24,516 nt of DNA from Caldisericota bacterium (GTDB lineage Bacteria; Caldisericota; Caldisericia; Caldisericales; Caldisericaceae), in the NCBI GenBank assembly GCA_030642335.1, contig DAOWNX010000001.1, forward strand, positions 1 through 24,516. The letters run 5' to 3'. The notes beneath the pieces are model-generated. The model had not been told where the DNA came from. It saw only the letters and a program-made list of their open reading frames with translations, and made no database searches. A program made the translations under genes and the position numbers. The stretch's first letter is position 1. The number at the start of each line of letters is the position of its first letter. Shown here in pieces: positions 16,410 to 24,516 of the stretch.

Positions 16410-17330
16410 TTATCCTTCTAACTTCTCAAGAAGTTCTTCAATCAATTTTTTTAATTGGGTCAGGTCTTTTTTAACCTTTGTTTTTTCCTTTTTGTCCCAC
16501 TTGTTTAATTTTTTCTTTGATAAACTTTCTATTCTTTGAAAAACAATATGTAGCGGGTCTCTCTTGCTTTTCTTCCCAATTCCAGTTATTATATTTTTTG
16601 TTTCTTCCGAGCTGAGCCTTTCTTTTTCTATGAGTTGTGCTACCTTTCTCATTGTTTGAAAATCTTCTAATTTCAGTAGATGTTCAATGTGGCGTGATGT
16701 AATGGGAGAGTTCGGACTGTCTACCTTTTTTTGAAGGTCTTCCGGGAGTTCAAGAAGTGAAAGCCATCTTATAAATGTAATCGGGTTTTTTCCTGTCATT
16801 TTACACAGTGCGCTCACTGTGTGCGCAAATTTTTTTGGCGTATTTCTTTTCATCCTGTAATTTATGAGCAATGTTTTTATTTTCTTTCCTTCTGCAAACG
16901 GAGAAAGATATTCATTAATAACCTTTGCCCGTTCAATAGGAGTGATGTCTTCGCGCTGAAGGTTTTCTATAATCTGAATTTCTCGTATTTCTCTTTTGTT
17001 GGAAAGCTTTAATTCTATAACGGGAACTGTTTTCTTCCCCGCTAAAATGGATGCTTTCCATCGTCTTTCTCCTGAAATGATAATGTACTGACCGTTGTTT
17101 TTATATACAAGTATCGGCTCAAGCACCCCTTTTTCTTTTATACTGCTAGCAAGTTCCTTTAAGGAATCTTTATTAAAAAGTTTTCTTGGTTGTTCGGCGT
17201 CAGGTTTTATTTTATTTGTTTCGATATCCATCACTCTGGAGAGGATTTTTTCATTTGAAAGCTCTTCTATGTAGTTGCTTGTGTAGCGGACTTTAAAGTT
17301 ATTTGGCAATCCTCTTTTATTCTTTGGCAC
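16410..17330 (-). CDS. parB: ParB/Spo0J-family partition protein
   Basis: QPRKLF...LKELASSIKEKGVLEPILV...IISGERRWKA (CTP-binding GxRR intact), QIIENLQREDITPIE, then an HTH region. GTG start with SD AGGAGG. Confidence 0.9.
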   Translation of the reverse strand: MPKNKRGLPNNFKVRYTSNYIEELSNEKILSRVMDIETNKIKPDAEQPRKLFNKDSLKELASSIKEKGVLEPILVYKNNGQYIIISGERRWKASILAGKKTVPVIELKLSNKREIREIQIIENLQREDITPIERAKVINEYLSPFAEGKKIKTLLINYRMKRNTPKKFAHTVSALCKMTGKNPITFIRWLSLLELPEDLQKKVDSPNSPITSRHIEHLLKLEDFQTMRKVAQLIEKERLSSEETKNIITGIGKKSKRDPLHIVFQRIESLSKKKLNKWDKKEKTKVKKDLTQLKKLIEELLEKLEG

Positions 17331-18078
17331 GGCTAACTACCTCCTTTACTATTTTTTTGTACGACTCTGCTCCTGTTGATGACGGGGCAAACGAAAAAAT
17401 ATCCTCTTTGTAAGCCGGACTTTCTTCAAGCCGAACGCTACGGTGGATGATTTCATTAAAAATAAGTGTGCCAAATATATTTTTTATTTGCTCCAGGGAT
17501 TCTTTAGCAAGGAGAGTTCTTGGATCGTACATAGTGATTAACACCCCTAGCAATTTGAGTTCTTCGTTAAATGTTTCTTTTACACTTTTGAACGTGTCCA
17601 TGAAATCTTGCACACCCTCTATAGACCAGGGAGATGGTGTAATGGGAATCAACACGTTGTCTGATGCAATTAATGCGTTTACTGTGAGAAGTCCCAATGA
17701 AGGGGGAGTATCGATGATGATAAAATCAAAATTCTTTTCAAACTTATGTAGACTCTTTTTTAGTTTCAGGGGCGCATCAATTTCTGCCGTAAGACTTCTT
17801 TCTACCTTTGCGAGGTGAATAGAAGAAGGGATGGAGAATAAATTAGGCACTTTTGTCTCTCTTATAAGTGCTTCTGATTCGATATCGTTTTTTAAAAAAA
17901 GAGAGAATATGGAATTTTGTGTGTCTTCTGAAGAAAAGAAAGCAGAGGTACTGTTGCACTGTGGATCGCAGTCCAAAAGAAGTGTTTTGAATCCTTCTCT
18001 TGCGAGTCCTGAACTGAGGTTAATTGAGGTCGTTTTTTTACCACCGCCGCTTTTTTGATTTGCTATTGAAATAATCAT
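17317..18078 (-). CDS. parA: ParA/Soj-family ATPase with atypical Walker A
   Basis: ISIANQK..., LLLDCDPQ, IIIDTPPSLGLLTVNALIASD, LGVLITMYD, IHRSVRLEESP. Walker A reads KSGGGKKT. SD AAGGAG. Confidence 0.88.
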   Translation of the reverse strand: MIISIANQKSGGGKKTTSINLSSGLAREGFKTLLLDCDPQCNSTSAFFSSEDTQNSIFSLFLKNDIESEALIRETKVPNLFSIPSSIHLAKVERSLTAEIDAPLKLKKSLHKFEKNFDFIIIDTPPSLGLLTVNALIASDNVLIPITPSPWSIEGVQDFMDTFKSVKETFNEELKLLGVLITMYDPRTLLAKESLEQIKNIFGTLIFNEIIHRSVRLEESPAYKEDIFSFAPSSTGAESYKKIVKEVVSRAKE

Positions 18079-18614
18079 TTCATCTCCTTTATTTCGGCAT
18101 TGAATTTGCCGTTTTCTATGTTGATTATGGCATAACTTTTGTTAAATCTGTTTTTCGGTAGTGCAACAGAACCCGGGTTTAAGTGTATTCCCCAGGCAAA
18201 GTTTTTTATAAGAGGAATATGTGTGTGTCCTGTGACGAGTATGTTAATTTTATTGTCGATACCAAATTGATCAAAATTATTGTTTGGTATTTTATGTCCA
18301 TGTGTTATAGCGATATGTACTTTTTCTATGAATACAAAGGAAATATCTTGTAATATTGGGTATTTAATAAGCATCTGGTCTACTTCTGCATCGCAGTTTC
18401 CTCTTGCAAAAATAATTCTTTTTGGAAACTTATTAATTAGTTCTGCAACTTTCTCCGGGTTGTAGTTTTCCGGAATACGGTTTCGTGGCCCGTGATATAA
18501 TATATCTCCTGCACATATTAAAAAATCTGTGGTGCCTTCAAGTATTTCTAGCACATTTTTTGTATCTTTTAAAGAACCGTGCAGGTCTGAAATTACCCCT
18601 ATTTTATTTAGCAT
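18075..18614 (-). CDS. yfcE: YfcE/MJ0936-family metallophosphodiesterase
   Basis: ISDLHGS, AGDILYHGPRN, RGNCD, THGH, GHTHIP, LNPGS. Confidence 0.88.
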   Translation of the reverse strand: MLNKIGVISDLHGSLKDTKNVLEILEGTTDFLICAGDILYHGPRNRIPENYNPEKVAELINKFPKRIIFARGNCDAEVDQMLIKYPILQDISFVFIEKVHIAITHGHKIPNNNFDQFGIDNKINILVTGHTHIPLIKNFAWGIHLNPGSVALPKNRFNKSYAIINIENGKFNAEIKEMK

Positions 18615-18619
18615 GATTT

Positions 18620-18648
18620 ATTTTAATCTATTTTTATAATTTTAGCAA
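18620..18648 (-). promoter_or_regulatory. sigma70 promoter for yfcE-parA-parB, probably giving a leaderless mRNA
   Basis: TTGCTA (18648-18643)-N17-TAAAAT (18625-18620). The ATG is only 5 nt further on and has no SD. Confidence 0.6.
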
Positions 18649-18702
18649 TATATAAAATAAGCGGAAAGGCGTACAAATAAATGAGTGAAAGATTTTTTAA
18701 AG

Positions 18703-19077
18703 TTAAGATAGAGTTTTTTTGATGAACTTTTTTAATTTTTCTCTTGTTTCGTCTGAGATGAAGTGCTCTATAAGACACGCTTCTCTAAAGGCTTTATCCT
18801 GCGAAATTCCAAGAACTTCTTTTAAGAACTTGTAAAGAATTTGGTGTTTGTTCCATATTTCTTTCCCAATTTTTTCTCCTTTTTTAGTTAATGTAACATC
18901 GCTGTATGGGGAATGCTCGACATAACCATTTTTGATTAATTTATTAATGGCTTCAGTTGCTGAGGGGAGTTTTACTGAGGCAAGCTGTGCTATATCTTTC
19001 ATTCTTATGTCTTTTCCTTTTAGAGAAAGTATGTAAATTGCTTCTAAATAATCTTCTATGCTTTTAGTGGGTTTCAT
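18703..19077 (-). CDS. DtxR/MntR-family metal-dependent transcriptional regulator (short form, no C-terminal SH3/FeoA-like domain)
   Basis: EDYLEAIY, DIAQLASVKLPSATEAINKL (HTH), LTKKG, HQILYKFL, EACLIEH. Confidence 0.9.
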   Translation of the reverse strand: MKPTKSIEDYLEAIYILSLKGKDIRMKDIAQLASVKLPSATEAINKLIKNGYVEHSPYSDVTLTKKGEKIGKEIWNKHQILYKFLKEVLGISQDKAFREACLIEHFISDETREKLKKFIKKTLS

Positions 19078-21005
19078 GGCATAAATATTCTCAAAACCTG
19101 GTTTAAAATGCCGCCGAGAACAATTGCACCAAGAAACTCACCAATTGTTACTACCGTTGCTCTTTTCCACCCAAATTCTCTTTTGAAGACAGCAATTGTC
19201 GCAATACAGGGGATATAAATCATTGTGACAAAACCAAATATGAATATCTGTCTCGGGGTAAGTATTTCTGCAAAATTTACTGTGTGGTATAGAGTGGATA
19301 GCATAATAAGTGTGAGTTCTTTTCGCAAAATACCGAATAGAAATGTAAGCCCGGCAAGCGGCGGAAGGCCCAACCAATTTGTCATAATGGGCTTAAAAAA
19401 ATTTGCAATGGGAACAATCCAGTTTAGTTCAGTAAATACTTCCATTACTATATTTGCCACTATGATGATTGGGAATGCAAAGTACACAAAATCTTTTAGC
19501 CTTACCCAGGTTTGCCTCAGAATAATTTTTGCAACAGGTTTCCTGTAACGAGGCATTTCCATAACCAATCCTGTTGGAGAACCTTTTATGTATCTGTTTA
19601 ATAATCTTCCCAAAATGTACATTAATATAAAAGTTAAAGCGTATATTATTATTGCATAGATGGGGCCTAAAAATGCAGCAACAAGCCCTAGTAAGATGAC
19701 AGTTCTTGCAGAACAAGGTACAAGTGTGGCAAGTATTGCGGCAATAAATCTATCTCTGTCTCTTTCCATGATACGTGTTCCAAGTACTGCCGGTACGGTG
19801 CATCCAAACCCTTCGATAAGCGGCATAAATGCTTTTCCATGTAGCCCTAATTTATGCATTACATTGTCCGTGAGAAATGCAATACGCGCAAGATAACCAC
19901 TATCTTCAAGGAATGCAAGAATTAAGTAAAAGGGCACAATATATGGTAGTACAATGGCTATTCCAGCAATAATTCCCATCATAAGACCATTCCAGAGTAA
20001 TCTGTTTACAAAAAGAGGGAGTGGCAGTTGTATAAAGATTGGTTTGAGTAATTCGAAAGAGGTGCCGAGTAACTCTGAAAAATAGCTTCCAAATTTAAAT
20101 ACCCCATAGAAGATTAAAAGCATAAGTCCAAGGAGTATAATGTATCCCGTTATTTTGTTTAGAGCAATTTTATCTATATTGTCCCCGATGTTTATTTTTG
20201 TCTTGCCTTTTTTCTTTGTTACTTGTCCTGCGATACGTGATGCTATTGTATACCGCTCGGAAATAATTACTGTTTCTGGTGACTCGCCGTGTATCTTGGT
20301 AAGGTCTTTTTTAAGTTTTTCTGCAAGTGCAATAATATCGGGATTTTTTACCATTGTTTTTATCGAGGCGTCATTTTCAAGTAATTTTATTGCTATAAAG
20401 CGTGGCGGATAAAAGGTATCTACTTCTTTTTCTATTGTTGAGGCAAGGATGTTGATTTTTTCCTCTACTTCCTTTCCATATAAAATGGGTTTTACCTTCT
20501 TTGTATTTTTGATGACTTCTTTTGATTTCTTAAAAAGTTCTTTCAGTCCCTTGTTCCGTACTGCAATAGTTGGAACTACGGGTACGCCAAGCAGGCTGGA
20601 AAGCTTTTCAAAATCAATACTTAACCCTTTGTTTTCTACGATGTCATACTGGTTTAATGCAACAATAAGCGGGGATTCCAGTTCAATAAGCTGAAGGGTA
20701 AAAAATAAATTTCTTTCAAGACTTGAGGCATCAATCACATTTATTACGGCATCTGGCTTTTCTTTTGCAATGAATTCACGAGAAACAGTTTCTTCTTCAG
20801 AATATGTTGAGAGGGAATAGATGCCTGGAAGATCAACAACATGGATTTTTATTCCTTCTTGTTCGATGAGGCCTTCAGCTTTTTCTACTGTTTTGCCGGG
20901 CCAGTTTCCTATGATTTGATTGCCACCGGTAAGTTGATTAAATATTACACTTTTTCCTACATTTGCATTACCTGCAAGTGCAATTGTGTATAACTTCTTG
21001 TTCAT
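19074..21005 (-). CDS. feoB: Ferrous iron transport protein B
   Basis: G1 GNANVGKS, G2 NWPGKTVE, G3 DLPG, G4 NQYD. Membrane motifs EDSGYLAR, GFGCTVPA, VPCSAR, MEMPRYR, YIPCIAT. Confidence 0.95.
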   Translation of the reverse strand: MNKKLYTIALAGNANVGKSVIFNQLTGGNQIIGNWPGKTVEKAEGLIEQEGIKIHVVDLPGIYSLSTYSEEETVSREFIAKEKPDAVINVIDASSLERNLFFTLQLIELESPLIVALNQYDIVENKGLSIDFEKLSSLLGVPVVPTIAVRNKGLKELFKKSKEVIKNTKKVKPILYGKEVEEKINILASTIEKEVDTFYPPRFIAIKLLENDASIKTMVKNPDIIALAEKLKKDLTKIHGESPETVIISERYTIASRIAGQVTKKKGKTKINIGDNIDKIALNKITGYIILLGLMLLIFYGVFKFGSYFSELLGTSFELLKPIFIQLPLPLFVNRLLWNGLMMGIIAGIAIVLPYIVPFYLILAFLEDSGYLARIAFLTDNVMHKLGLHGKAFMPLIEGFGCTVPAVLGTRIMERDRDRFIAAILATLVPCSARTVILLGLVAAFLGPIYAIIIYALTFILMYILGRLLNRYIKGSPTGLVMEMPRYRKPVAKIILRQTWVRLKDFVYFAFPIIIVANIVMEVFTELNWIVPIANFFKPIMTNWLGLPPLAGLTFLFGILRKELTLIMLSTLYHTVNFAEILTPRQIFIFGFVTMIYIPCIATIAVFKREFGWKRATVVTIGEFLGAIVLGGILNQVLRIFMP

Positions 21006-21295
21006 ATTTTTTCTACATATATACGTGAAGCAATATTTCTTCCAATTGCAAGGTGTGTGCCCATAACAGATATTTCTATAGGTCCTATAGGCATATTCCG
21101 TATTACTTCTATTACGCTGCCAGGGATAAGACCCATTTCTTGAAGTCTTCTTGTAAGGCCCATTCCCATTCCACGTTTTCTTTTATGCCAGGGGCCTAAT
21201 CCATGGCTTTTAAATCGTTCATGACTTGTCGAAAAACCTATTACCTTAGCTTTGTCTCCAGGATTTAGATGTATTAAAGTCATTTTTTTGCCCAT
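21002..21295 (-). CDS. feoA: Ferrous iron transport protein A
   Basis: RRLQEMGLIPGSVIEVIRNMPIGPIEISVMGTHLAIGRNIASRIYV; overlaps the feoB start. Confidence 0.9.
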   Translation of the reverse strand: MGKKMTLIHLNPGDKAKVIGFSTSHERFKSHGLGPWHKRKRGMGMGLTRRLQEMGLIPGSVIEVIRNMPIGPIEISVMGTHLAIGRNIASRIYVEKI

Positions 21296-21314
21296 ATTTT
21301 ATCGCTCCTATTTA

Positions 21315-21328
21315 TTAGGTTAACCTAA
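21315..21328. promoter_or_regulatory. DtxR-family operator TTAGGTTAACCTAA
   Basis: Perfect 14-bp palindrome with the TTAGG/CCTAA arms of DtxR/IdeR boxes, lying between the -10 and the SD of feoA. Confidence 0.85.
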
Positions 21329-21335
21329 CTTTTAA

Positions 21336-21363
21336 AGTATATCATGGGATAACTGGTTGTCAA
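21336..21363 (-). promoter_or_regulatory. sigma70 promoter of the feoAB-regulator operon
   Basis: TTGACA (21363-21358)-N16-TATACT (21341-21336) with an extended TG. Confidence 0.8.
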
Positions 21364-21381
21364 GAGGGAAATCATTTTTCT

Positions 21382-21888
21382 TTAGAGATCGAGAAAACCT
21401 GTTTCTTTTAATGCATTTTTAATTTTTTCCAATCTTTCTTTTGAATCTGCTTCTACTGTGTGGAGGTGTATTCCGTTAGACAGAGTAAGAAGTGGTTTTG
21501 CATGGGCAGTTTCCATTTTGGCAAGGAAACGCCTGACATCTCCAATTGTTTCTATATTTAAATTACCTTTTATCTCTCCGTAAAGGGGATGCTCTACTAT
21601 AACATCTAAAATCCTTCCTCCGTTTTGTACAATTAGTGACAATTCTTTCTCTATGGATTCTTTTGTATGTTTTACAGCAAAGACAGTTTTAACTCCTCTC
21701 TCTTTTTGCATTGCATATCCTTTTGGAGTTGCGTTTACTTTATATCCTGCAGCACGTAGCAAGGCAATATCTTTTATAATTATTTGTCTTGTAACTCCCA
21801 TTATTCTGGCGATCTCTGTACCGGACATAACAGGTGCTTTATTTTGAAGCAGGTTTAATATTGCTTTTCTCCTTTCTTTATCACTCAT
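21382..21888 (-). CDS. niaR: Niacin-responsive transcriptional repressor NiaR (HTH + 3H domain)
   Basis: RRKAIL...SGTEIA...VTRQIIIKDIALLRAAG...ATPKGY; 3H domain KHT...VIVEHPLYGEI...PLLTLSNGIHLHTV. Confidence 0.9.
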   Translation of the reverse strand: MSDKERRKAILNLLQNKAPVMSGTEIARIMGVTRQIIIKDIALLRAAGYKVNATPKGYAMQKERGVKTVFAVKHTKESIEKELSLIVQNGGRILDVIVEHPLYGEIKGNLNIETIGDVRRFLAKMETAHAKPLLTLSNGIHLHTVEADSKERLEKIKNALKETGFLDL

Positions 21889-23308
21889 TTAATAGTACCT
21901 CCTTTTTAGATTGTTGTTTTGATCTATCCGTTCCCAGGCTTACCAGTATAAATGTTAAAGTTGATATAATAGCACACCATACACCAGGCCACATACCGAG
22001 AGGAAAATATTTAGTAGAATATAAAATTATAACAGTTGTTCCTCCGGCAAGAATGCTTGTGATAGCCCCTATTTTCGTTGCTCTTTTCCAGAATATGCCA
22101 ATATAAGCCGGTGCAGTTGCAAGAAGACCTGCAGATGACATCACGGAAAGTTCAACTATCGCACCAAACCTTCCTAATGCAAATATGAATGCAAGGATAG
22201 CAATTGTTGGAACCATCAATACACCGAATGGCAGCTGTTTTTCTTTATTGATTTTAGGAATCTTGCCAAAGATATCTACTGTACACATAGAGCTTAATGA
22301 CAGGATAATAGAGTCAACCGTTGATACGGAAGCGGCGACAATGCTGATAAACACAATGAGAGCAAGAGCAGTTGGCACATGATTTAGAATCTCCATAGTA
22401 ACTGTGTCCGTTTTTAAGATGTTTGGGAATATGCATTTTGCTGCAAGACCGAGGTTTACCACGATGAATGTATATATAAGACCAAAAAAAGAAAATCCTA
22501 TTACCATATTTTTTAAACTCTTTTTATCCTTTGGCAAAAACATTCTCTGGGATACCTGGGGGTTTGTTAATGCAAAGAACATCCAGGGAATTGAAAGGCC
22601 AATGAATTTCTGGTATGACATATTTTTTGCAGAAAGCAGTTCGGGGTGGCTGTTTTGTAAAGTTCCAAAGAAATTTCCAAAACTCCCAAATCCAGACAAT
22701 ATTACATAAAGAAGCAGCACTATAGATGCTATGATCATGATAACGCTTTGCAATGCATCTGTCCATGCGACAGACCTCATGCCTCCCCAGAATGTATATG
22801 TAATGATTACGATTAAGGCGATTGTAATACCGACAATGTATGGTATGCCAGCCAAACCTTGAAGCAGATAACCTATCCCCGTAAATTGCACAGACATGTA
22901 AGGAACAAGCATAATCAAAGCGAAAACTGTAACAATAATTCCGAGTAAATTACTTTTATATCTTTTGCTTAGTAGTTCCGTTGGCGTGATACAATTATAT
23001 TGTTTACCCATTGCCCAAAATTTTGGTGCAAAGTAAGTAAGAAGAAGCACTGTGCTTATGAGATATGTCAATTCAAAACCCATCGCACTGATACCTACTG
23101 CATAGGCCATACCTACAAGCCCCACCATCATAAATGCACTGTATGTTGTCGCACTATATGTCATTGCAGCGGCAAAACCGCCCAGTTTTCTATTTGCTAT
23201 AAAATATTCTGCGACACCTTTTCCTCTTTTTTTCTTTGCATAGTATGAAATCAGGCAACCAATTACGAACCAGATAGCAAAAACAAAAACTACAGCTGAA
23301 GTTTTCAT
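21881..23308 (-). CDS. Sodium:solute symporter (SSS; PanF/PutP-like)
   Basis: EYFIANRKLG, ATTYSAFMMVGLVG, PYMSVQFTGIG, YTFWGGMRSVAWTDALQ, AASVSTVDS; about 13 hydrophobic segments. Confidence 0.9.
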   Translation of the reverse strand: MKTSAVVFVFAIWFVIGCLISYYAKKKRGKGVAEYFIANRKLGGFAAAMTYSATTYSAFMMVGLVGMAYAVGISAMGFELTYLISTVLLLTYFAPKFWAMGKQYNCITPTELLSKRYKSNLLGIIVTVFALIMLVPYMSVQFTGIGYLLQGLAGIPYIVGITIALIVIITYTFWGGMRSVAWTDALQSVIMIIASIVLLLYVILSGFGSFGNFFGTLQNSHPELLSAKNMSYQKFIGLSIPWMFFALTNPQVSQRMFLPKDKKSLKNMVIGFSFFGLIYTFIVVNLGLAAKCIFPNILKTDTVTMEILNHVPTALALIVFISIVAASVSTVDSIILSLSSMCTVDIFGKIPKINKEKQLPFGVLMVPTIAILAFIFALGRFGAIVELSVMSSAGLLATAPAYIGIFWKRATKIGAITSILAGGTTVIILYSTKYFPLGMWPGVWCAIISTLTFILVSLGTDRSKQQSKKEVLLNE

Positions 23309-23484
23309 GCTTGCCTCCCTATTGAAAAGATCCCATAAAGAATTGTGATGATAGTGAGAATTATCCAGAAGAGATAAGCCCCTGTTATTTTGTGAGGTAA
23401 AAGAAACGGTACAGTAAAATCTAATGCAACTATAACAAGATACACAGCCAAAAACTTTTTTTCTTTTGCGTAAGCATTTTTCAT
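23305..23484 (-). CDS. 59-aa two-TM membrane protein, probable accessory partner of the SSS transporter
   Basis: True start is ATG 23484 with SD AAGGAG (MKNAYAKEKKFLAVYLVIVALDFTVPFLLPHKITGAYLFWIILTIITILYGIFSIGRQA). 4-nt overlap with the symporter start. Confidence 0.75.
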   Translation of the reverse strand: MKNAYAKEKKFLAVYLVIVALDFTVPFLLPHKITGAYLFWIILTIITILYGIFSIGRQA

Positions 23485-23507
23485 TTTATTACTCCTTTTA
23501 CTATATA

Positions 23508-23552
23508 TACATGTATTTACACATACTATAGTGGGTTGGTTATTTTTGTCAA
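23508..23552 (-). promoter_or_regulatory. sigma70 promoter TTGACA-N16-TATAGT plus candidate NiaR operator (TGT-N4-ACA core at 23512-23521)
   Basis: -35 at 23552-23547, -10 at 23530-23525. ACATGTATTTACACAT overlaps the predicted start site. Confidence 0.65.
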
Positions 23553-23655
23553 TATTATTTATTTTTCTTTTTAAGACGTCTGAGAGTTGCAAACGGCTTT
23601 TATATTTGTTATCATTTAACAATAAGTAAATTTTAACAGTAAAGAATGAAACGAT

Positions 23656-24177
23656 ATGAAAGACGAAAGAGTACTGGGAATTATTCCGCATGCAGAATTA
23701 AAAAAAGGGTTATTTAAATCTGAGAGCTGTAATCTTGTTGTGACAAACAAAAGAGTTATCGTTGCAAAGTTTTCAAAGGATATCTATAAAAAAGAGGCAC
23801 AGGAACGCGCTGAAGAGGCAAAACAGGAAGGCAGAGGAAGATTTAAGCAGTTTCTTTCATCTGCAAGCACTATGACAACATTTTACAAGAGATACCTTGA
23901 TATGTTGCCTGAAGATATTTTAAAAGAAACACCGGGAACATTTGTCATTGAACCTACCACAGTGGTTAAGACGCAATTGAAAGAGGGAAGGCGCTACAAC
24001 GACGAGGACGGTTTTGAGCAACAAAATCCTCATAGTCTTTTGATTGTTATGCCAAAAGCCAAGCTTCAGTTTAATTTTTCCGGGGATATAAGAAACGCAC
24101 GAAGTCTTCTCTTGGGTCTATTTGGCAAGGTTAATAAGCAGAAGAAAAATAAAAGTTTTTCAAAAAAAGTTGATTAG
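23656..24177 (+). CDS. Hypothetical protein (possible split PH-like beta domain)
   Basis: 173-aa ORF with normal composition. CNLVVTNKRVIVAK resembles the LxxTNKRxI strand of bacterial PH-like domains. No clear SD. Confidence 0.6.
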   Translation: MKDERVLGIIPHAELKKGLFKSESCNLVVTNKRVIVAKFSKDIYKKEAQERAEEAKQEGRGRFKQFLSSASTMTTFYKRYLDMLPEDILKETPGTFVIEPTTVVKTQLKEGRRYNDEDGFEQQNPHSLLIVMPKAKLQFNFSGDIRNARSLLLGLFGKVNKQKKNKSFSKKVD

Positions 24178-24348
24178 GTTATTTTTTAGCTTCCAACAAA
24201 TTTACGACCCTTTAATGTTATCATCTATTGGTATTTCAGGGTATGGTTTTCAATTTATTTTAACGAAAGATTAAAATCAATTATGTGCGGTAAATTTATA
24301 ATTCTTGAAAATCAAAAATTTGTATATCTGTATAGGAGATAAAAATTT

Positions 24349-24516
24349 TTACTCTTTAAACTTAAATCCCCTTTTTTTGAACAATCTTACACAGATATCA
24401 ACAACCTTTAGGTCATAAAGAATACCTTTATTCTTTTCTATTTCTTCCAGTGCTTTATCAATGCCAAGTGCTGGTCTGTAAGGCCTGTGAGAACTCATTG
24501 CTTCCACTACGTCAGC
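24349..24516 (-). CDS. C-terminus of an HD-GYP domain phosphodiesterase (start is beyond the window)
   Basis: Not in the ORF track. The - strand reads ADVVEAMSSHRPYRPALGIDKALEEIEKNKGILYDLKVVDICVRLFKKRGFKFKE*. Confidence 0.9.
   Translation of the reverse strand, partial: ADVVEAMSSHRPYRPALGIDKALEEIEKNKGILYDLKVVDICVRLFKKRGFKFKE

Noticed and set aside
127-23248. The many 60-160 aa antisense or alternate-frame ORFs in the ORF track
   Set aside because: They overlap well-supported genes, lack SDs and motifs, and have the Ser/Phe/Ile-rich composition of shadow frames.
23485-23691. 128-aa version of the small membrane protein
   Set aside because: The extension runs through the promoter and overlaps the opposite-strand gene. 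The SD supports ATG 23484.
24174-24190. TTAGGTTA half-match to the DtxR-type operator
   Set aside because: Only one arm is present, and it is at a gene 3' end rather than a promoter.

Overview
AT-rich bacterial chromosomal window with the gene content of an anaerobic fermenter. A Caldisericota-like affiliation is only a guess from gene style. Left to right: (1) the 3' part of a + strand glycerol/glycerol-ether-type catabolic operon: CCG-domain Fe-S protein, BON-fused FAD G3P-dehydrogenase-like enzyme, FGGY kinase, a 35-codon remnant of an Fe-alcohol dehydrogenase, an FAD/NAD oxidoreductase and DUF1667. (2) A - strand cell-envelope module: two tiny SD-led ORFs, a secreted Amidase_6-type enzyme split by one in-frame amber codon between its catalytic Cys and His, a PEGA/beta-propeller lipoprotein, an ECF sigma and a probable anti-sigma. 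(3) ptb-buk divergent from a GABA-type aminotransferase. (4) A parS-like 16-mer, a Gmad2/GerMN lipoprotein and a HAD phosphatase. (5) A yfcE-parA-parB operon whose ParA has a degenerate Walker A. (6) feoA-feoB-DtxR-family regulator with a perfect TTAGGTTAACCTAA operator. (7) Small membrane protein-SSS symporter-niaR with a candidate NiaR operator. (8) A hypothetical protein and the 3' end of an HD-GYP gene. No rRNA, tRNA, CRISPR array or intact mobile element was seen. All family assignments are motif recognition by eye, not database searches.
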